Below are positions 58,919-64,000 of a stretch of DNA of 64,000 nt, piece after piece; position 1 is the stretch's first letter; each line of letters starts with the position of its first letter. The notes beneath the pieces were generated by a model. It did not search any database, was not told the origin of the DNA, and saw only the letters and a program-made list of their open reading frames with translations. Location: assembly GCA_943787795.1 (NCBI GenBank), contig CALSNU010000001.1:448001-512000 (forward strand). Reading direction: 5' to 3'. This stretch comes from an uncultured bacterium. Its GTDB lineage: Bacteria; Planctomycetota; UBA1135; GCA-002686595. The translations under genes and the position numbers were made by a program.

Positions 58919-59707
58919 ATGAGCTACGAGAACATCCTCTACGCGGTCGAAGGGCCGATCGCCCGGGTCACCATCAACCGCCCGGACAAGATGAACGCCC
59001 TCAACGACGCCACCCTCGGCGAGCTGAAGGACGCGTTCACGAAGGCGGGCGAGGACGACGCGGTGCGCGCGCTGCTCATCACGGGCGCGGGTGAGAAGGC
59101 CTTCGTGGCCGGCGCGGACATCAACGAGCTCCTGGCGGAGGCCGGCAGCGCCGAGGGCGCGATCCGCGTCTCGACCACAGGGCAGGACGTCTTCCGGCTG
59201 CTCGAGCAGCTGGGCAAGCCCTCGGTCGCCATGGTCAACGGCTTTGCGCTCGGCGGCGGCTGCGAGCTCGCCCTCGCCTGCACCCTGCGCACCGCCTCCA
59301 GCAAGGCGCGCTTCGGCCTCCCCGAGGCCAGCCTTGGCATCGTGCCGGGCTACGGCGGCAGCCAGCGCCTCTCCCGCATCGCGGGTCCGGGCGTGGCCCG
59401 TGAGTGGGTCCTGACCGGGGACATGTTCGGCGCCGATGAGGCCCACCGGGTCGGCGTCGTGAACCGCGTCTTCGCGCCCGAGGAGCTGGAGGAGGGCACC
59501 CAGAAGCTCCTCAAGAGCATCGTGACCAAGGGCCCCGTGGCCCTGCGCTTCTGCATGGACCTCGTGCTGTCCGGCTGGGACCTCGACCAGACCCAGGGCG
59601 AGGCCCTGGAGGCCGAGTACTTCGGCAAGGCCGCCCTGACCGAAGATATGCGCGAGGGAATGAGCGCGTTCCTCGAGAAGCGTCGGCCGGAGTTCAAGGG
59701 CCGCTGA
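58919..59707 (+). CDS. Enoyl-CoA hydratase (crotonase)
   Basis: NRPDKMNAL, FVAGADI, GGGCELA, PEASLGIVPGYGG and AFLEKR.P.FKG. Confidence 0.93.
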   Translation: MSYENILYAVEGPIARVTINRPDKMNALNDATLGELKDAFTKAGEDDAVRALLITGAGEKAFVAGADINELLAEAGSAEGAIRVSTTGQDVFRLLEQLGKPSVAMVNGFALGGGCELALACTLRTASSKARFGLPEASLGIVPGYGGSQRLSRIAGPGVAREWVLTGDMFGADEAHRVGVVNRVFAPEELEEGTQKLLKSIVTKGPVALRFCMDLVLSGWDLDQTQGEALEAEYFGKAALTEDMREGMSAFLEKRRPEFKGR

Positions 59708-59841
59708 CTCTCCGGCGCGGGCCATGCCCGCGCATCGACCGGCCCGCCGCAGAGGCGGGCCGGACCACCTCACCCGATCATCATTGGGGCGCCCAGCGCC
59801 CCGGAAGGAGGGCGCACCGCGCCCCGCAAGCCACCAGCATC

Positions 59842-61047
59842 ATGAGCAACGAAGTCGTCATCGTCGGCGGGGCCCGGACCCCCATGGCCGAGTACTCCGG
59901 CACCCCCGGATTTGGAAAGCTGAAGGGCGTCAGCGCCATCGACCTCGCGGCGCACGCCTCGAAGGCCGCGATCGAGCGATCGAAGATCGCGGCGGACACC
60001 ATCGATCACACGATCGTCGGCAACGCGCTCCAGACCTCCAACGACGCGATCTACGGCGCCCGCCACGTGGCGCTCAAGGCGGGCCTGCCCCAGACGGTGC
60101 CGGCCCTCACGGTCAACCGCCTCTGCGGCTCCGGCATCCAGTCGATCGTGAGCGCCGCCCAGCTGATCAAGCTCGGTGAGGCGAAGACGGTCCTCGCGGG
60201 CGGCATGGAGAACATGAGCCAGGCGCCCTACGTGCTCCACGGCGCGCGGGACGGCTTCAAGTTCGGCGTCCAGCCCAACCTCGAGGACCTGCTGTTCGCG
60301 AGCCTGTATGACCCCTACGGCGACACGTACATGGCGCAGACCGCCGAGGCCATCGCCCGCCGGCTCGAGATCTCCCGTGACGCCCAGGACGAGTACGCCC
60401 TGCGGAGCCACAAGCTCGGCGCCGAGGCCGTGGCCGCGGGCCGCTTCGCCGAGGAGATCGCGCCGGTGATCATCCCGAACCGCCGGGACGACATCACCGT
60501 GGACGTCGACGACCACATCAAGCCGGACTCGACCATCGAGGGCCTCGCCAAGCTGCGGGCCGCCTTCGGCAAGGAGGGGACGGTGACCGCTGGCAACGCG
60601 AGCGGCATCGTGGACGGCGCGGCCATGGTGGTCTGCACGACCGCCGAGCGCGCCCAGGCGGACGGCCTGGACGTGATGGGCGTCGTGCGCGGCTACTCCT
60701 GCGTTGGCGTCGACCCCAAGGAGATGGGCATTGGCCCGGTGCCGGCGATCAAGGTCCTCCTGGACGAGGCGGGCATGTCCGTCGGTGACATTGACTACTT
60801 CGAGATCAACGAGGCCTTCAGCGCCCAGTACCTGGGCTGCGAGAAGGAGCTCGAGCTGGATCGGGACCGTTGCAACGTGAACGGGGGCGCCATCAGCCTC
60901 GGTCACCCGCTCGGCGCCACGGGCACCCGGCTGGTGCTGACGCTGCTCTACCAGCTGCGCCGCTCGGGCAAGAAGTTCGGCGTGGCCTCCGCCTGCATCG
61001 GCGGCGGCCAGGGGATCGCGATCCTCGTGGAGAACCCCGCGGCCTGA
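59842..61047 (+). CDS. Thiolase (3-ketoacyl-CoA thiolase)
   Basis: NRLCGSG, NEAF, GHPLGATG and CIGGGQG. Confidence 0.94.
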   Translation: MSNEVVIVGGARTPMAEYSGTPGFGKLKGVSAIDLAAHASKAAIERSKIAADTIDHTIVGNALQTSNDAIYGARHVALKAGLPQTVPALTVNRLCGSGIQSIVSAAQLIKLGEAKTVLAGGMENMSQAPYVLHGARDGFKFGVQPNLEDLLFASLYDPYGDTYMAQTAEAIARRLEISRDAQDEYALRSHKLGAEAVAAGRFAEEIAPVIIPNRRDDITVDVDDHIKPDSTIEGLAKLRAAFGKEGTVTAGNASGIVDGAAMVVCTTAERAQADGLDVMGVVRGYSCVGVDPKEMGIGPVPAIKVLLDEAGMSVGDIDYFEINEAFSAQYLGCEKELELDRDRCNVNGGAISLGHPLGATGTRLVLTLLYQLRRSGKKFGVASACIGGGQGIAILVENPAA

Positions 61048-61054
61048 TCCCTGC

Positions 61055-61114
61055 CCCTGCCCTTGTCCCCGACCCTGCCTTTATCCCTGACCCTGCCTTT
61101 GTCCCCGACCCTGC
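61055..61114. repeat. 18-bp intergenic tandem repeat (CCCTGCCTTTGTCCCCGA, ~3.3 copies)
   Basis: Read directly, just after the thiolase stop. Confidence 0.85.
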
Positions 61115-61198
61115 ACTGGCCGCGCACCCACGCGGCGATGACCTCGTGCCCCGGGCCCGCCGCTGCGGGTCCGGCCGCGAGGCGAGGATGACCCAAGA

Positions 61199-63199
61199 AT
61201 GAACGAGCTGATCCACGAGAACGAAGCTGGCGAGCGCGTCGTGCGCCTCACGCCGGGCAAGCGGGTGCTCTTCCTGACCAAGGACCTCGAGCTCATCCGC
61301 AGGCAGCTGCGCGGCGAGGTCGACCTGTCCATGGCGGACGTGGACCCTGCGGATCTGCTCGACGACATCAACACGGACACCATGACCCCCGCGTGGGTCT
61401 GCTTCCGCCACCGGCCCGAGGACATCGCGCTCGACGCCTACGCTGGCCTGCTCGACGAGAGCGGCGAGCGGGTCTTCGGGACGCGGGCGCTGATGGACGG
61501 CGGGTTCGAGGTCATCGTGAGCGGCAAGCGCAAGGGCACCGGGTCCTCCAGGGAGACCGCGCCCCAATGCGAGAAGTGGTCCGGCATCGGGCTGGTGATC
61601 GCGCACTCGTTCGCGCCCATCCACGAGCGCAACAACCTCAACCTCGGCCAGCTGATGGGGGGGTACGACATCATCGAGCGCCTCCAGGCGGGCGAGGATG
61701 TGCCGCTGGAGAACCTCACGGGCGAGTACGACCCGATCACCCGCGTCATGCTGGAGTCCGGCGGGCTCTTCCCCTTCGCGAAGATGTACGCCGCCGGCGA
61801 GGTCGCCGTCCCGGTGCCCACGACCGCCGCTCGGCCCATGACGATGGGGGAGAAGATCCTCGCCTCGAAGGTCGTCGGCGCCGAGGGCGCAGTCTCTCTG
61901 CAGCCGGGGGACGTCTGCCTCGTCAAGGTGGACGGCGGCTACAGCCACGAGTTCACCACGGCCCAGGTGCACCACTTCCTGGGGCAGGAGTACGGGGACG
62001 ACTACGAGGTCCAGAACCCGACCAAGTTCGCCATCTTCGAGGACCACCTGCTCTACGCCACCGGCGTGGAGCGGATGAAGCCGTTCACCGCCGACATCGA
62101 GACCCTCCGGCGCCTACAGAACGAATTCCAGAGCCACACGGGCGTGCGTGACTACTCGGCCGAGGACGGCGTCTCGCCGGGCATCTGCCACCAGGTCGCG
62201 CGGGAGGAGTTCGTGGACCCCGGTGACTTCATCCAAGCCACCGACAGCCACACCTGCATGGGCGGGGGCAGCAACGCGCTCACCTACGGCGTGGGGGCGA
62301 CGGAGTACGCGGGGCTGATCTCGGCGGGCTTCACCTTCGTGAAGGTCCCCGAGTCCATCCGCTTCGAGCTCGTCGGCGAGCTGGACCCGGGGTGCACGGC
62401 GAAGGACGTGATGCTCCACATCCTGGACACCTACGCCAAGCGCGAGGACACCCTCGACCGGGTCATGGAGTTCGGCGGCCCTGGGCTCACGACCCTCTCG
62501 CCCGACGAGCGGGCCACGCTCTGCAACATGGCCACCGAGTGCTCCGCCAAGTCCGGCGTCTGCGAGGGCGATGAGGCCCTGGCCCTGTGGCTGTCGCCCC
62601 GCCGGGGCGGCCGGTCCCCGGAGGCCATCGCGGCCGACTTCGTCGCACCGGACCCCGGCGCCGAGTACGCGGGCGGCGTCCACACGGTCGACCTCTCCGC
62701 GCTCAAGCCCATGGTGGCCGAGCCCGGGGACCCCACCTACGGCAAGGACATCGCGGACCTGGGCGACGTCAAGATCGACATCGCCTACGCCGGCTCCTGC
62801 ACCGCGGGCAAGGCCGACGACTTCGAGTTCTACGCTGCGGTCCTCAAGGACGCGCTGGACGCGGGCCGCAAGGTCGCCGACGGGGTGACCATGGTCGTGC
62901 AGTACGGGTCGACCGCTGTCCGGGACTACGCCCGCGACCGCGGCTTCGACGCGATCTTCCGCGAGGCCGGGGTGGAGGTCATCTCCCCGGGTTGCGGCGC
63001 CTGCATCGGCTGCGGGCCGGGCGTCTCGGACCACGCCGAGCAGGTCTCGGTCAGCGCCATCAACCGGAACTTCCGGGGCCGCAGCGGCCCGGGTCAGCTC
63101 TATCTCGCGTCTCCCCTCACGGTCGCCGCCAGCGCGATCGAGGGACGCATCATCGCTTACACCCCGGGGATGTTCCGATCCCCGGTCCCGACCGCCTGA
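61199..63199 (+). CDS. Aconitase-family hydro-lyase: N-terminal swivel (LeuD-like) domain fused to a LeuC-like [4Fe-4S] domain
   Basis: N-terminal DDINTD.MTP, GTGSSRE.A and SFAPIHERN. C-terminal MTMGEKIL, GICHQ, DSHTC, GSCT, GCGACIG, NRNFRGR and LASP. Confidence 0.9.
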   Translation: MNELIHENEAGERVVRLTPGKRVLFLTKDLELIRRQLRGEVDLSMADVDPADLLDDINTDTMTPAWVCFRHRPEDIALDAYAGLLDESGERVFGTRALMDGGFEVIVSGKRKGTGSSRETAPQCEKWSGIGLVIAHSFAPIHERNNLNLGQLMGGYDIIERLQAGEDVPLENLTGEYDPITRVMLESGGLFPFAKMYAAGEVAVPVPTTAARPMTMGEKILASKVVGAEGAVSLQPGDVCLVKVDGGYSHEFTTAQVHHFLGQEYGDDYEVQNPTKFAIFEDHLLYATGVERMKPFTADIETLRRLQNEFQSHTGVRDYSAEDGVSPGICHQVAREEFVDPGDFIQATDSHTCMGGGSNALTYGVGATEYAGLISAGFTFVKVPESIRFELVGELDPGCTAKDVMLHILDTYAKREDTLDRVMEFGGPGLTTLSPDERATLCNMATECSAKSGVCEGDEALALWLSPRRGGRSPEAIAADFVAPDPGAEYAGGVHTVDLSALKPMVAEPGDPTYGKDIADLGDVKIDIAYAGSCTAGKADDFEFYAAVLKDALDAGRKVADGVTMVVQYGSTAVRDYARDRGFDAIFREAGVEVISPGCGACIGCGPGVSDHAEQVSVSAINRNFRGRSGPGQLYLASPLTVAASAIEGRIIAYTPGMFRSPVPTA

Positions 63200-63249
63200 G
63201 CGGTCTCACCTGATTGGTCGCCCGCGCGCGGGCCCACCCCCAAGGTTCC

Positions 63250-64000
63250 ATGAGCCAATACGACATCACGATCATCGGCGGCGACGGCATCGGCCCCGAG
63301 GTCACCAAGGAGGCCTTCAAGGTCGCCGACACCGCGGCCGACGTCTTCGGCTTCTCCCTGAAGAAGAACGAGCTGCCCATCGGCAGCGACTACTTCCTTC
63401 AGCACGGCGAGGCCTTCCCCGACGCCATGTTCGAGGAGGCCAAGCAGTCCGGCGCCATCTACCTCGGCGCCATCGGCGATCCCCGCTGTGAGCCCGGCAA
63501 GGTCGAGTACGGCGTCATCGCGCGCTGCCGCTTCGACCTCGATCTGTACGTGAACCTGCGCCCGGTCAAGCTCCTCCAGGAGAGCCTCTGCCCGCTGAAG
63601 GGCAAGGGGCCGGATGACGTGGACATGCTCATCGTCCGCGAGAACACCGAGGACGCCTACACCGGCATGCACGGCTTCGCCCACAAGGGCCAGCCCCTCG
63701 AGGTCGCGACCCAGACCATGGTGTACACGCGTGAGGGCGTCGAGCGGGCGATCCGCTACGCCTTCCACCTCGCCGAGACCCGGGAACGCCCGGCGGGCCG
63801 GGAGGCCCAGGTGACCCTCATCGATAAGGCCAACGCCATCCGCGCCCACGACCTGTGGCAGCGGACCTTCGCCGAGGTTGCCAAGGAGCACCCCGGCATC
63901 AAGACGGACCACGCCTACATCGACGCGGCGTGCATGTGGATGGTCAAGAACCCCGAGTGGTTCGACGTGGCGGTCACCCCGAACCTGTTCGGCGACATCA
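63250..64000 (+). CDS. Isopropylmalate/isocitrate dehydrogenase family (LeuB-like), truncated by the window end
   Basis: Translated from ATG 63250: IGGDGIGPEV, GAIGDP, NLRPVKL, RENTEDAY, DKAN, YIDAA and PNLFGDI. Absent from the ORF track because no stop lies in the window. Confidence 0.9.
   Translation, partial: MSQYDITIIGGDGIGPEVTKEAFKVADTAADVFGFSLKKNELPIGSDYFLQHGEAFPDAMFEEAKQSGAIYLGAIGDPRCEPGKVEYGVIARCRFDLDLYVNLRPVKLLQESLCPLKGKGPDDVDMLIVRENTEDAYTGMHGFAHKGQPLEVATQTMVYTREGVERAIRYAFHLAETRERPAGREAQVTLIDKANAIRAHDLWQRTFAEVAKEHPGIKTDHAYIDAACMWMVKNPEWFDVAVTPNLFGDI

Noticed and set aside
36229..63912. Long antisense ORFs opposite the thiolases, acyl-CoA dehydrogenases, helicase, aconitase and LeuB-like gene
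   Set aside because: Codon-mirror artefacts of strongly biased sense genes.
1..64000. tRNA, rRNA, tmRNA or other known ncRNA genes
   Set aside because: No cloverleaf or rRNA-like segment was recognised in the intergenic gaps. An Infernal/tRNAscan run would be needed to exclude them formally.

Overview
A very GC-rich (~70% by eye), gene-dense bacterial chromosomal segment with about 53 protein-coding genes. I could not support any rRNA, tRNA, CRISPR array, integrase or transposase. The gene repertoire (DUF1080, DUF481, orphan prepilins, HEAT proteins, ECF sigma plus CHAT, EfpL-type EF-P, C-rich starts without a Shine-Dalgarno site) suggests Planctomycetota, but this is inference only. Housekeeping and metabolic content: efp/efpL, slyD, speA, an M17 aminopeptidase, yhhQ, ispH plus ferredoxin, a DEAD-box helicase, xth, wzm/wzt, two acyl-CoA/beta-oxidation clusters (3 thiolases, 2 hydroxyacyl-CoA dehydrogenases, 2 acyl-CoA dehydrogenases, 1 crotonase), a fused LeuD-LeuC-type aconitase and a LeuB-type dehydrogenase cut by the window end. 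The best candidate for an undescribed system is the minus-strand cluster at 30.7-36.1 kb: ECF sigma factor -> single-pass anti-sigma-like protein -> apparently exported or membrane-anchored TPR-CHAT (caspase-like) protease with an intact His/Cys dyad -> small secreted orphan. Other notable items: a PilV/W/X-like + HEAT + two-component cluster ending in a His-less pseudokinase; a WbdD-like methyltransferase/coiled-coil protein next to Wzm/Wzt; a frameshifted methyltransferase-kinase fusion; an NPEPL1-like aminopeptidase; and a dozen unrelated short tandem duplications. All family calls come from motif recognition by eye; no database searches were run. Many start codons were moved downstream of the ORF-track starts.
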